Assembly: GCA_000092065.1 (NCBI GenBank)
Contig: CP000582.1
Direction: 5' to 3' (one strand)
From: Ostreococcus lucimarinus
Taxonomy: Eukaryota
Length of the DNA: 64,000 bases
The notes below the pieces were generated by a model. It made no database searches. It was not told the DNA's origin and saw nothing but the letters and a program-made list of their open reading frames with translations. This document shows, one piece after another, positions 19,683-29,843 of the stretch (position 1 is the stretch's first letter; the number at the start of each line of letters is the position of its first letter). Made by a program: the position numbers and the translations under genes.

Positions 19683-20582
19683 TCATTCACGTTCTCTCGC
19701 GGCGCGTTTCGACTCGACGCGACGACGCACGTACGCCGTGCGCGTTCTTCGCCGTTCATTCAACTTGACTTCGCTCGGACGTTTCTTTTCAGGCGCCCGA
19801 GCTCGCGAGACGAGCGACGAGACCCACGCCCCGTCCTCGCGTTCGAAACCGCGCGTTTCATTTTCATCGACGAAGGCGCGCCGACCGTCGTCGTCGACCA
19901 ATCTAAAGTGCAAGCACTCGCCCGGCTCAAACGGAAACACGAGATAATCCTTCCCGCACCCCCCCGGCGCGCGATCATCGCACCAGGACCACCCATCGCA
20001 CCGCCCGTCGTCCTCGCACGCCCCGCAGCACGCCGCCGCGGTCGCCGCCGCCCGCGCGCGAATCCTCCGCGCCCCTCGCTCGCGTTCGCCGTCCATCGGC
20101 GTCTCCGATCGAAACGCCCGTCCCTCGTCCTCGCACCTCTCCCTCGACCACTCCCGCAGCGCCTCGTCCAATTCCCCTCGCGCGCCGTCCCTAAAAAACG
20201 TCGGCGCGCATCCCATCGCGCGCGCCAGCGCGCTCGCTCGGATCGTCGCGTTCTCGACGGCGCCCATCGCCGCGAGCGCGCACGCGCGCGCCTCCGCGCC
20301 GCTCGCGTCGCTCGCCCCCTCGCCGTGCGCCTCCCAGAGCGACGCCGCGAGGCACGCGCCGCACGATCGCGTCGTCGCGCACGCGTCCGCGACGCGCGTC
20401 GCCGTCGCGTTCGCGCTCCCGGCGCGCGCGAACGCGCACCGACGCGTCGCCGCGCGCGCCGAACCGGGCACCGCGAGCGCCGTCATCATCATCGTCGCCA
20501 GCGCGCGTCGACGCGTCGCCCGGCGCGTCTCGGACGCGCGCGGCCGCGTCTCGAGCGCGCCTCGGCGCGCGTTCGCGCGCAT
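19683..20582 (-). CDS. Hypothetical Cys-rich protein with a signal- or transit-like N-terminus
   Basis: Diverse composition (W, C, F, Y, D, E), unlike the overlapping Arg-rich plus-strand ORF. Contains CEDDGRCDGWSWCDDRAPGGCGKDYLVFPFEPGECLHF. No family assigned. Confidence 0.3.
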   Translation of the reverse strand: MRANARRGALETRPRASETRRATRRRALATMMMTALAVPGSARAATRRCAFARAGSANATATRVADACATTRSCGACLAASLWEAHGEGASDASGAEARACALAAMGAVENATIRASALARAMGCAPTFFRDGARGELDEALREWSRERCEDEGRAFRSETPMDGERERGARRIRARAAATAAACCGACEDDGRCDGWSWCDDRAPGGCGKDYLVFPFEPGECLHFRLVDDDGRRAFVDENETRGFEREDGAWVSSLVSRARAPEKKRPSEVKLNERRRTRTAYVRRRVESKRAARERE

Positions 20583-21379
20583 CGCCGGGTCCCTCGCGTC
20601 GCGCGCGACGCGCGGCGCGGCACAGTGCGGATGCGACGCCGACGCGACGACGAGGACGACGACGACGGCGCGCTCGCGCGCGCGATGGACGCCGCGCGGT
20701 GCGCGACGTCGACGACGACGCGCGAGCGGTGCGCGACGACGCGCGACGCCGCGGGCGCGGCGCGGCGGACGTGCGCGCGCGAGCGAATCGTCGAGCGGAA
20801 ATGTCCGGGACGGTGCGCGACGCGCGACGACGCGACGAGCGCGCGTTCGACGACGTCGAACGCGCGATGCGACGACGTCGAACGCGCGCTCGACCGCGAC
20901 GCGCGCGACGCGCGGCGTCGAACGCGGGACTGACGCGACGGGACGCGCGCAGCGCGCCGGAGACGCTCGAGCGAACGCGCGAGACGGTCGAGCGCGACGA
21001 CGACGACGCGGAAAACGCGATCGAACGCTCGAACGCGTGGTCGACGACGTGGTCGACGACGTCGTCGCTCGGCGGCGGGTTCGGCGACGGCGAGGATGGG
21101 ACGGCGGCGCGCGCGGCGGCGGCGGCGGCGCGAGCGCTCCTCGGGGGCGCGACGGAGCGCGATCGCGGGAAAGATTTCGGCGCGATCGAGCGCGGGATGC
21201 TCGACGCGTTCGTCGCGGGCGCGCGCGCGGTGGCGGCGGAGGTATCGCGCGCGGCGGACGCGCTGGAGACGAGAGGCGCGGACGACGCGGCGGACGGCGA
21301 GGACGACGCGAGGCGAATTCCGCCGCGCGCGTGAGCGCGGTCGAGCGCGCGCGCGACGACGCGACGCGGACGACGTGAA

Positions 21380-22768
21380 ATGAAACTGAACGCTAGAACA
21401 CGCGAGCGAACGCCGCGACGCGACTCGGCGACGACGCGTCACATCATGACGCGCGTCGGCGTCCCGCTCGTCGCCGCCGCGCCGCCGCGCGCGTCTCGCG
21501 TCGCCGCGCGCGCGACCTCCGCGCGACCGATCGCGCCCGGCTCGGCGTATCCCGCGAAAGAGCACTGCAGCGAGTGCGGACTGTGCGACACCGCGCACGT
21601 CGCGCGCGTCAAGGAGGCGTGCGCGTTCCTCGGTCCCGGCCAGTCCAGGATAGAGACCTTGGAGCCGGTGGTTCACGGGCGCGCGCGATCGGCCGCGCCG
21701 AGCGACGAGAGCCGCCTGGGCGTCGCGCTCGAGACGTTCTACGGCGCCATGCGAACTCCGGTCGACGGCGCGCAGTGGACGGGGATCGTGACGAGCGTCG
21801 CGCTCGCGGCGCTGCGAAGCGGCGCCGTCGAGGGCGTCGTGTGCGTCGCGTCGCGCGAGGACGACTCGAGAGCGCCGAGACCGATATTAGCGACGACGGA
21901 GGAGGAAATATTGAGCGCGCGAGGCGTGAAACCGAGCCTGTCGCCGAATCTGAGCGTGCTGGCGGAGGTGGAGGCGAGAGGCTTGAAACGCGTCTTGTTC
22001 ATAGGCGTCGGCTGCGCGGTGAGCGCGCTGCGCGCCGTCGAACCGCACTTGGGCCTGGACGCGCTGTACGTCGTCGGCACGAATTGCACCGATAACGGGA
22101 GGTGGGAGGGATTCAACAAGTTCATCGACGCCGCGAGCGACGACCCGGACACGGTGATGCACTACGAATTCATGCAAGACTATCAGGTGCACCTCAAGCA
22201 CGTCGACGGGTCGTACGAAAAGGTGCCGTATTTCTGCCTGCCCGCAAAAGATTTGACGGACGTCATCGCGCCGTCGTGTTACTCGTGCTTCGACTACGTC
22301 AACGGTCTCGCCGACGTCGTCGTCGGCTACATGGGGGTGCCGTACATGGACAAACCGATGGATCGACATCCCCAGTACGTCACCGTGCGAAACGAGCGCG
22401 GACGCGAGATGATTGATTTGATTCGCAACGACATGGAGATCACGCCGTCCACGTCCAGCGGCGATCGTCGACCGTTCGTCATGCAAACCGTCGTCGCCGA
22501 CGACGAGGCGAAGCTCGGTCGAGGGCCGGATAAACCGGCGCCTCGCGTCGTCGGCAAGCTCCTCGCGTGGCTGCTCACCAAAATCGGTCCCAAGGGCAAA
22601 GAGTTCGGGATGTACTCGCTGGATTACCACACCATACGAAACTACATGTACGTCAACCGCGCGTGGGGCGCGAAGCGCGCGGAGGAGCACGTCCCCGAGT
22701 ACGCCAAGCGCGTCGTCCGCGAGTACGACGTCGACGGCGCGATATCCGCCCGTCTGCGCCTCAAGTGA
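21380..22768 (+). CDS. HCAR: 7-hydroxymethyl chlorophyll a reductase (HCAR; FrhB-family Fe-S flavoprotein), plastid-targeted
   Basis: Near-colinear with plant HCAR: YPAKEHCSECGLCDT..VKEACAFLG..SRIE.LEPVVHGR, GAQWTGIVT, GVKP.LSPNL, GVGCAVSALR, YVVGTNC.DNG, HYEFMQDYQVHLKH, APSCYSCFDY, HPQYVTVRNERG, SSGDRRPFV, SLDYHTIRNYMYVNR. Arg/Ala-rich transit peptide. Confidence 0.9.
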   Translation: MKLNARTRERTPRRDSATTRHIMTRVGVPLVAAAPPRASRVAARATSARPIAPGSAYPAKEHCSECGLCDTAHVARVKEACAFLGPGQSRIETLEPVVHGRARSAAPSDESRLGVALETFYGAMRTPVDGAQWTGIVTSVALAALRSGAVEGVVCVASREDDSRAPRPILATTEEEILSARGVKPSLSPNLSVLAEVEARGLKRVLFIGVGCAVSALRAVEPHLGLDALYVVGTNCTDNGRWEGFNKFIDAASDDPDTVMHYEFMQDYQVHLKHVDGSYEKVPYFCLPAKDLTDVIAPSCYSCFDYVNGLADVVVGYMGVPYMDKPMDRHPQYVTVRNERGREMIDLIRNDMEITPSTSSGDRRPFVMQTVVADDEAKLGRGPDKPAPRVVGKLLAWLLTKIGPKGKEFGMYSLDYHTIRNYMYVNRAWGAKRAEEHVPEYAKRVVREYDVDGAISARLRLK

Positions 22769-22863
22769 CCGCTCGCGTTCGCATCGCCGCGCTTCGCGCG
22801 CGCTCGTCTCTGCGTTACAACGCGCCTATAGTCCTATAGTCCTAGTGGTCCTATCCGTCCCGC

Positions 22864-23184
22864 TCAGCCGCCGCGCGCGTCGTCCCCGCCTCCCCGCCTC
22901 CGCGCTCGGTACTCGTGCGGATCCCGCGCCGTCGCCGCCGTCGCCTCGCGTCCGCCGTCCATCTCCAGGCTCGCCGCCGCGCCCAGCGCCGCCAGCGTCG
23001 CCGCCTGCGCGTACAAGCGCGAGTGAATCAGCTTGACGCTCATCGCGCTCGCGCGTCGCGCCCTGTGCTCCATCGCGAGCGCGCTCGCGATCCCGAGCGC
23101 CCAGAACGCGCCCAAGACGCGAAGTTTATTCTCGCGCGCGTAATCCCCGATCGCCGTCGCGAGCGACGGCGCGTCGGTCGGCAT
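22864..23184 (-). CDS. Small membrane protein, HIG1 (hypoxia-induced) domain-like
   Basis: 106 aa. KLRVLGAFWALGIASALAMEH...KLIHSRLYAQAATLAALGAAA resembles the HIG_1_N two-helix domain. A TGTAA sits about 45 nt past the stop. Confidence 0.4.
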   Translation of the reverse strand: MPTDAPSLATAIGDYARENKLRVLGAFWALGIASALAMEHRARRASAMSVKLIHSRLYAQAATLAALGAAASLEMDGGREATAATARDPHEYRARRRGGGDDARGG

Positions 23185-23618
23185 TCCGCGACGCGATGTC
23201 GCGCCCGACGACGACGGAAAGCGAACCGGCGCTCGACGTCGACGCCGTCATGACGCAGCTCATGGACGAGTTCAAGCGAAGAAACGGACGCGAGGCGACG
23301 GAGGACGAAGTGCGGCAGTGGATGGCGGAGATCTCGGCGGCGATCGCGGAGGGCGGGCTGTGAACGCGTCGCGGACGCGTGCGTGAATGAAAGAATGGAT
23401 GGATGGATGGATGAATGTTTCGGACGCGCGAGGACGACGAGGGCGAGGACGAGGGCGCGCGACGCGACGGACGCGCGCGCTCGAAAACGATCGCGGCGGT
23501 GGCGTCGCGCGCGGCGCGCGAAGACGGCGCGCGGATCGCCGAGGTGGGGACGCTCGTTTGAAATGATGAATAAAAGTTTGAAATTTTGAAATTACAGCGC
23601 GGCGAGACGACGCCGCGC

Positions 23619-24491
23619 TCACGCCTCGGTCGGGTCGTCGTCGCGCGTGGGGGTGAAATAATCCTCGCTCGCCGTCGGCGTGGACTGGTAGTAGTGATCG
23701 AACGTGTCCTCGGGCGAGGGCTTGATCAAGTGATTGGCGTCGTCGAAACACGCCGCGTTTCGCGTCATCAACGCCGAGGCGGCGACGAATTCGAAATCCC
23801 TAAAATCAAACCCCGGGCTCACCCCCTCGCCGATCAGCGCGAACTCCGCGCCCGGTTCTAACACCGCCGCCTTGTACGTTCCGCCCGCGACGACCAACTG
23901 CGGCGTCTCGCCGTTCTCCACGTCCGATCCCAGCGTCCGTCGCTCGTACGTGCCGTCCGCCGACACCAAGTGATACGTCACCGCGCCTCCCGCGTGATGA
24001 TAGTGCACGTGATCGCTCGCGTTCAGCGCCCACCACTGATGATCGCTGTCCCTCGTGAGCATGTAATATATGCTCGTCATCTGATTTCGCTTCCCGTCGT
24101 CGTTCGGTTCCGTCCTTCGCGTCGTCGCCGCGCTCGCGTCGCCGCGTTCCCGCGCGTCTTCGTCGAACGCCGTCTTCCCTCGGCTCGACATCGGCGCGCA
24201 CCCGGCGCGATACGTTTCCACGAAAAATCCTCCCTCGGGGTGCGGGATCAGTCCCAGGCGAGTGATCAGCGCGTCCTTCGCTCGGCGCGCCGCGTCGTCG
24301 CCGCGCCGTCCTCCGTCGCCGCCGCGCGCCGCGCGCAGCAGCGCGTCGCGCGCGCGCGCGCTCGTCGCCACCATCGTCAGCGCGCTTCCGAGGACGACGC
24401 CCATCGCGAGACCGCGCGCGAGCGCGTCGGCGCGCGCGTCCGCGCCCATCGTCAGCGCGTCGCGGTGTGCGGGACAGCGCGCTTTCGCCAC
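23619..24491 (-). CDS. Cupin-superfamily protein of the DUF985/YML079-like family, with an N-terminal targeting-like extension
   Basis: LIPHPEGGFFVETYRAG is the signature opening of DUF985 cupins. The downstream beta-rich region is consistent. Confidence 0.55.
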   Translation of the reverse strand: MAKARCPAHRDALTMGADARADALARGLAMGVVLGSALTMVATSARARDALLRAARGGDGGRRGDDAARRAKDALITRLGLIPHPEGGFFVETYRAGCAPMSSRGKTAFDEDARERGDASAATTRRTEPNDDGKRNQMTSIYYMLTRDSDHQWWALNASDHVHYHHAGGAVTYHLVSADGTYERRTLGSDVENGETPQLVVAGGTYKAAVLEPGAEFALIGEGVSPGFDFRDFEFVAASALMTRNAACFDDANHLIKPSPEDTFDHYYQSTPTASEDYFTPTRDDDPTEA

Positions 24492-24736
24492 TCATCGACG
24501 CGCCGCGACGCGCGCGAGCGTCGCGCGGCACCGCGACCGCGTTCGAGCGTCGCGGCATCGCGTCGCGGAACGGCGCGCGCTCGAGCGCGGCGTCGCGCTC
24601 GAACGCGCGCGCGCGAAGGGCGAAAGATTTGATTTCGATTTGAAATCATCGATTCGCGAACGCGAAGTAAAATCGAACGCGGAGCGCGCGCGCGCGCTCG
24701 AGACCGCGCGCGATCGCGGCGACGGACGCGCGCGAG

Positions 24737-26854
24737 ATGTCCGCGTGGCCGGACCCGCGCGCGGGGCTGCTGCGCGCGAACGCGACGGCGCGGGGGGGTG
24801 ATGAGGCGGCGCGAGGACGCGACGGCGCGCGCGGCGGCGGCGCGGCGGCGTTGACGCTGGATGATTTGATCCTGCGACGCGCGGGCGACGCGAGCGCGGG
24901 CGCGAGCGCGAACGTCGTCGACGCGGGCGCGCGCGGGACGGGCGCGAGCGGGACGGGCGCGAGCGGGACGCTGTTTTCGAGAGCGCGCGCGCCGGTGGTG
25001 GTGACGGGGTGGGCGAATCCGCACGCGGGCGGCGACGAAGCGCGGGACGGCGCGCGCGGTCGCGACGGAGTCGATCGCGCGTTTTCGGACGCGCGCGATC
25101 GCCGTGGCGCGGGGAGACAGCCGTTGGAGCTCGCGGGACGGCGAAACGCGGTGGGCGTGGTGCGAGACGCGGTGGATTACAACGCGGGATATTTGTCGCC
25201 GGACGAAGTAAACGCCGATCTCGACGGGCCACCATCGCCCGTGCGAGGGTTCGCGCAGCGGTTGATGTCGCTCGATGCGTCGCCGACGCCGCGAGGGAAG
25301 CACTCGCGGAAGCGTGGGACGACGAATCGAAGCGCGGAACCGGATGGGGCGTACGAGTACGAGCAAAGGCGAAAGCGCGCGCGCCGCGCGGCGATGAAGG
25401 AGGCGGAGGCGCTCGCGGCGGCTGCACGGCGGATGCCCGTGAGTCCAGGAAGCGATTCGGGCGCGCCAGGATCGGCGTCGCGATCGGGCCGCGCGTTGCG
25501 CGCGCCTGGAGCGTTCTGGACGGGTGCGGGTGTCTCGAGAGATGAGCGCTCCTGGCGGCAGCCGGCGTCGCCGCCGAAACGCGGACGAGGCAGACCGCCG
25601 AAGAACGCGAAACGATACTCACCGCCGTCGTCGGAGGACGAATACGAAGACTTCGGCGGTGCGGAGGAAGGTGAGCGAGGCTGGAGCGAGGACAAAGACG
25701 CGCACGCGCGAGGTGGTCGTGCGCCCGCGAACGCGGCGCGCGCGCTGAATAGCATTAGAGGACACGCAGCGCCGACTCGGCGACAACCGCAGGCGCCGCG
25801 CGAGCGCGGCACGCGCAAGGGTAAGCCCGGACCGAAGCCCGGTGTTGCGGCAGCGAAGAAGGCTGCCATGATCGCCGCTGGGATTCCGATCCCCGTGCTT
25901 CCACCGGGCGTCAAGCGCGGTCGCGGTCGCCCGCCGAAGAGCATGCTTATCATCCCGGACGGCCCTCCGAACGCAAACCTTCCGGACACCGTCATTCGTT
26001 CCATAGCCGAGGTCGACCCAAGAGTGATCGAAAAGGTGAAACCCGAACGTTTTCGCGCGGTCTCTACGACGAATTCAGCGCTGAGATCTTCGTACGTGGC
26101 GCCGCCGCTTCAAGAAGAGCGAACGGCGTGCATCGCGTGCGGCCGCGTCGACGGCGAAGACAGAATGCTCCTGTGCGATGGATGCGATAAGGGCTATCAC
26201 ACGCACTGTTTGGTCCCTCGACTAGACAAAGTCCCAGAGAATGAATGGTTTTGTTACGAATGCGTGACGCAAAATCGACCGAAGACAGCCGCGGCGGAGG
26301 CGTTTGAACGCCGCCAAGCCTCCAAGGCGCGGTTCGCGCCGGAGACGACGTACGACGAATGTCAGCGCGTGAGCGACAAATTGAAGCTCAACGGCGAACG
26401 CAAGCTCAAACCCGGACCGAAACCAGGGTCGAAAATGAAAAAGAATCACCGCCGCGACGACGAGTTCGATGACGACAGATACGCCGCGGCGCCGTCGACG
26501 GAGAAGCGCCCGGTCGGTCGACCGAAAAAGGACCCCAACGCTTGGTCGGACGAGCAATTAGAGGCGTTACAAAACGCTCAAGTGCGCGTGGATCTCGGTC
26601 GTAAAAACTTTTGGACCGAAGTCGCGAGTTACGTTCCTGGGAAAACGGCACAGCAGTGCAAAGAACAAGTGTACGCTGGCTTGAACATCGGCGCCGACGA
26701 CGCCGACGACGCAGACCGATCCGATACCGACGAAGACGTCGAAGATACCCCACACAACCAGCATCAACAACGAACGTTTCGAACGCCCACCAAGCCTAAC
26801 TCATCGCGCGAAAACGCAGAGCGCTGGCGCAATCGCGCGCCCCAGCGCTCGTAG
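24737..26854 (+). CDS. Chromatin protein with AT-hooks, a PHD finger and a C-terminal SANT/Myb domain
   Basis: AT-hooks KRGRGRPPKN, KRGRGRPPKS, RPVGRPKKD. PHD finger CIACGRVDGEDRMLLCDGCDKGYHTHCLVP...WFCYEC. SANT WSDEQLEALQNAQ...KNFWTEVASYVPGKTAQQCKEQ. Confidence 0.7.
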   Translation: MSAWPDPRAGLLRANATARGGDEAARGRDGARGGGAAALTLDDLILRRAGDASAGASANVVDAGARGTGASGTGASGTLFSRARAPVVVTGWANPHAGGDEARDGARGRDGVDRAFSDARDRRGAGRQPLELAGRRNAVGVVRDAVDYNAGYLSPDEVNADLDGPPSPVRGFAQRLMSLDASPTPRGKHSRKRGTTNRSAEPDGAYEYEQRRKRARRAAMKEAEALAAAARRMPVSPGSDSGAPGSASRSGRALRAPGAFWTGAGVSRDERSWRQPASPPKRGRGRPPKNAKRYSPPSSEDEYEDFGGAEEGERGWSEDKDAHARGGRAPANAARALNSIRGHAAPTRRQPQAPRERGTRKGKPGPKPGVAAAKKAAMIAAGIPIPVLPPGVKRGRGRPPKSMLIIPDGPPNANLPDTVIRSIAEVDPRVIEKVKPERFRAVSTTNSALRSSYVAPPLQEERTACIACGRVDGEDRMLLCDGCDKGYHTHCLVPRLDKVPENEWFCYECVTQNRPKTAAAEAFERRQASKARFAPETTYDECQRVSDKLKLNGERKLKPGPKPGSKMKKNHRRDDEFDDDRYAAAPSTEKRPVGRPKKDPNAWSDEQLEALQNAQVRVDLGRKNFWTEVASYVPGKTAQQCKEQVYAGLNIGADDADDADRSDTDEDVEDTPHNQHQQRTFRTPTKPNSSRENAERWRNRAPQRS

Positions 26855-26915
26855 TCCTGGTTGCAATTCACACCTCGACACGCCACACAACCCTGCGCGC
26901 GCCGACCCACCGCGA

Positions 26916-27152
26916 ATGCGCGACCGAACCTTCGGTGCGCTCGCCCTCGCCGTGCTCACCGCGCTCTTCGCGTACTACACCGTCTGGGCGCTCGTGACGC
27001 CGCTGATCGACGTCGGACACCCGGTGTTGAAACTGTTTCCCAGTCCAGAGCTCGCGGTGGCCATCCCAGCCTACCTCGGCGCGTGCGTCGTGTGCGCCTC
27101 AGCGTGCGTCGTTGGCGTGGCCATGATCACGCACAAGCCCAAGCGCGCGTGA
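26916..27152 (+). CDS. DPM2: Dolichol-phosphate mannosyltransferase subunit 2 (DPM2)
   Basis: 78-aa two-TM protein with YYTVWALVTPLIDVGHPVLKLFPSPELAVAIPAYLG, matching the DPM2 pattern YYT.W...LPFID..H....YF.PR.YA..IP. Confidence 0.65.
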   Translation: MRDRTFGALALAVLTALFAYYTVWALVTPLIDVGHPVLKLFPSPELAVAIPAYLGACVVCASACVVGVAMITHKPKRA

Positions 27153-27170
27153 GCGGCGAAGCGCGCGGCG

Positions 27171-28829
27171 ATGGCGGCGCAGGCGAGGGCGTTGGAGTCC
27201 CAGGTGTGGCGCGAGCGGGACGAGGAACAGGACGACGACAAAGCATCGACGGCCGACGACCGGCGCGCGCAGGAAGAGGAGATGTCGATTCTCGTGAGTA
27301 TTTTCTGCGACTGCGCGAGAGGCGACGACGCGAACGCCGTGAGGGAGGCTTTGGCTTCGGGACGCGACGTCGGCGACGCGACTTCGAGCGGGCGGTTGTT
27401 TCGCGCAGAACTGGAGATCGACGTCGAGATCGACGGCGAAGCAGAGGTCTTGAACGGAGATTCCACGCATCTTGTTGCTGCTTTACCGCCGATATTTCTG
27501 GAATTCATCTTCCCGAGAAGGTATCCCTCGCGCGAGGCGCCGAAGTTCGTCATTCGTAGTGATTGGTTGTCGAACAGCCATTTGAGCGCGATGTGCGCGA
27601 GATTGGACGCCATATGGGAAGACCAGCGTCCAAACGGTGAGCCAATAGTGTATGAATGGACTCAATGGATAAAGAACGACGCGATGCGAGACGTATTGTT
27701 GAATGCGCAGGGCGCGCTCGACGTCTCAGCTCGAGGTCTTGGGTGGGCGGACGGCGAGTTTGAAGTCGACGCGAGAGCCGTCGTTACGGCTCGAGACGCG
27801 AATGAGGCGGTGTTTACGATTTTACGTGCAGACGCACATGCTAGACGACGAGCATTTCTGATCAGCTGCGATAATTCGTGCTCAATGTGCCTCGCGGATG
27901 ACATCAAAGGCGTCGACGTTCGACGAGTGTCGAGCGCCTGCGCGCACACGTATTGCGTCGAGTGCGTGACGCGCATGGCGCGCGTGCACGTGAGCGAAGG
28001 CTCTGTCTTACGCTTGGTCTGCCCGGAATGTTCGTGTGCGTTCGATCCTCATGTGCTGCGCGCCATTCTGAACCATGATGAGTATGAAAAGTATGAAGCC
28101 ACGCTGCTCGCGCGCACGCTCGACTCGATGGCGGATCTCGTGTACTGCCCTCGATGCGAGCATCCCGTTATTGAAGAAGAAGATCAAAATTTTGGGCGAT
28201 GTCCCGGTTGCTTCTTCGCTTTCTGCACGCTTTGCCGCGCGTCGTGGCACGCTGGGTCCGAGTGCCTCAACGCTGAGCAAAAGCTCGCGGTGCTCGAGGC
28301 GAGACGTCGCGGTGACTCGAAAATGTCCGAAGAAGCGTTGCGTCAGTACAAAGAACAAATCGCCGACGTATCCGCGGCCGCATACGTCGAACGGAACGGC
28401 CGCAAGTGCCCAGTGTGTGGTCAAGGGGTTGAGAAAAACGAAGGCTGCAACAAGATGACGTGCGCGTGCGGCGCCTACTTTTGTTGGAAGTGCGGTCAAA
28501 AGCTTGAAGGCGACGGGTATTCTCATTACCGAAACGTCAACGGCGAACCCGGCACGAGCACGTGTCAACTCTTCGACCTCGACGCCATCGAAGCGTGGGA
28601 GCGCGATATGGCCGCGCTTCGCGTCGACGGTCGCGCGCCTCGCGCGCCGAGAGCCGCCGACGTCATCTCCTGCATCCGCTGCAAGGCCCAAAACGTCGCC
28701 TTCGATCGAAACAACCACGTTCGATGTTGGGCCTGCAACTCTTCTTTTTGCGCCGCGTGCAGGCGCGTCGTTCTGAAGACGTCCGAGCACTACGCGCCGA
28801 GCGCCCCGTGCAAGCAGCACCGAAAGTGA
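27171..28829 (+). CDS. RBR-type E3 ubiquitin ligase (RING1-IBR-RING2) with an N-terminal RWD domain, RNF14/ARA54-like
   Basis: RWD-like N-terminus (EEEMSILVSIFCDC). RING1 CSMCLADD...CAHTYCVECV. IBR CPRCEHPV...CPGCFFAFCTLCRASWH. RING2 CPVCGQGVEKNEGCNKMTCACGAYFCWKCG. It starts 18 nt after the DPM2 stop. Confidence 0.75.
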   Translation: MAAQARALESQVWRERDEEQDDDKASTADDRRAQEEEMSILVSIFCDCARGDDANAVREALASGRDVGDATSSGRLFRAELEIDVEIDGEAEVLNGDSTHLVAALPPIFLEFIFPRRYPSREAPKFVIRSDWLSNSHLSAMCARLDAIWEDQRPNGEPIVYEWTQWIKNDAMRDVLLNAQGALDVSARGLGWADGEFEVDARAVVTARDANEAVFTILRADAHARRRAFLISCDNSCSMCLADDIKGVDVRRVSSACAHTYCVECVTRMARVHVSEGSVLRLVCPECSCAFDPHVLRAILNHDEYEKYEATLLARTLDSMADLVYCPRCEHPVIEEEDQNFGRCPGCFFAFCTLCRASWHAGSECLNAEQKLAVLEARRRGDSKMSEEALRQYKEQIADVSAAAYVERNGRKCPVCGQGVEKNEGCNKMTCACGAYFCWKCGQKLEGDGYSHYRNVNGEPGTSTCQLFDLDAIEAWERDMAALRVDGRAPRAPRAADVISCIRCKAQNVAFDRNNHVRCWACNSSFCAACRRVVLKTSEHYAPSAPCKQHRK

Positions 28830-29018
28830 AGCGAAAGCTTGAAAACTGAACGAAAGCTCTCACAGCGCCCTCGCGTTCCCGCACTCGCGCGCGCTCGATG
28901 TGATGGGCGCCGAGCGCCCCGTGCAAGCAGCACCGAAAGTGAAGCCAAAGCTTGAAAACTGAACGAAAGCTCTCACAGCGCCCTCGCGTTCTCGCACTCG
29001 CGCGCGCTCGATGTGATG
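28793..29018. repeat. Tandem duplication, 2 x about 113 bp with 2 mismatches, spanning the RNF14-like stop codon and the UreF start
   Basis: gcgccgagcgccccgtgcaagcagcaccgaaagtgaagc[g/c]aaagcttgaaaactgaacgaaagctctcacagcgccctcgcgtt[c/t]tcgcactcgcgcgcgctcgatgtgatgg occurs twice back-to-back. The second copy supplies the UreF ATG. Confidence 0.8.
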
Positions 29019-29843
29019 GAAGCGTTCGTTTTAATCGACCCGTTGCTACCGACGGGCGCGTTCGCGCACTCGCTCGGGCTCGAGCCCGCGCGAATCGCGC
29101 GCGCGGTCGGGACACTGGACGAGACGTCTCGCGAAGCCTCGCGCGCGGTCGAGACGTACGCGCGCGAGTGCGCGCAGAGCGCGATCGACGGTCAACTTCC
29201 GTTCGCGCTCGCCGCGCGCGCGCTCGCGGTGCGAGCGAACGAAAAACGCGCGCGCGAGGGAGACGAGGACGGGACGACGCGCGCGTGGCGAGCGGCGAAC
29301 GCGGAGTGCGCCGCGCTCTGCGCGTCGAACGCCGTGAATCGACGCGCGAGCGCGGGCACGGGCGCGGCTTTACTACGAGCGTCGATAGTGGCATTCGGCG
29401 AGGACAGAAGTTGGTACTTGAGGGCGATTAAAAGAACGCTGCGACGACCGCCGCCGCTCGGCTTGGGCGAGGCGCACCACGCGTGCGTCTTCGGCGCGGT
29501 GAGCGCGATCGCGAATTTAGACGCCGAGGCGTGCGCGCGCGCGTACGTGTACTGCATCATGCGCGATGTGTGCTCGGCGGCGACGCGATTGAACGCGAGC
29601 GGACCTTTGGAAACCGTCGCGGCGTTGCGGCGTTGCGTCGAAGACGCCGAGGCGGCGTGCGCCGTCGCCGTCGCCGAGTTCAACGCCTCCACCGTCCGCG
29701 CGTCGACGATCGACGACGACGACGACGATGACGACGACGCCATCATGAATTATCTCCGTCGCGCGCCGGCGACGTCGGCACCGATATACGAAGCCGTCCA
29801 GGGCGCGCACGACCACGCGCGCGCGCGCCTCTTCAACTCCTAG
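29013..29843 (+). CDS. UREF: Urease accessory protein UreF
   Basis: LIDPLLPTGAFAHSLGLE, CIMRDVCSAATRLNASGPLE, and C-terminal YEAVQGAHDHARARLFNS are colinear with plant UreF. Confidence 0.85.
   Translation: MMEAFVLIDPLLPTGAFAHSLGLEPARIARAVGTLDETSREASRAVETYARECAQSAIDGQLPFALAARALAVRANEKRAREGDEDGTTRAWRAANAECAALCASNAVNRRASAGTGAALLRASIVAFGEDRSWYLRAIKRTLRRPPPLGLGEAHHACVFGAVSAIANLDAEACARAYVYCIMRDVCSAATRLNASGPLETVAALRRCVEDAEAACAVAVAEFNASTVRASTIDDDDDDDDDAIMNYLRRAPATSAPIYEAVQGAHDHARARLFNS

Noticed and set aside
19665-21676. Arg-rich ORFs at 19665..20933 + and 20489..21676 -, and the low-complexity (cgacgacgcg)n-like block at about 20690..21080
   Set aside because: They are RRRARR-type translations of GC-rich intergenic or UTR DNA and are likely spurious. 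I kept only the compositionally normal minus-strand ORF at 19683..20582, as a hypothetical. The low-complexity block may be UTR or a degenerate microsatellite and has no coding signal.
23385-23412. (ATGG)n microsatellite, gaatggatggatggatggatgaatg
   Set aside because: An ordinary short tandem repeat in an intergenic region. No further significance is evident.
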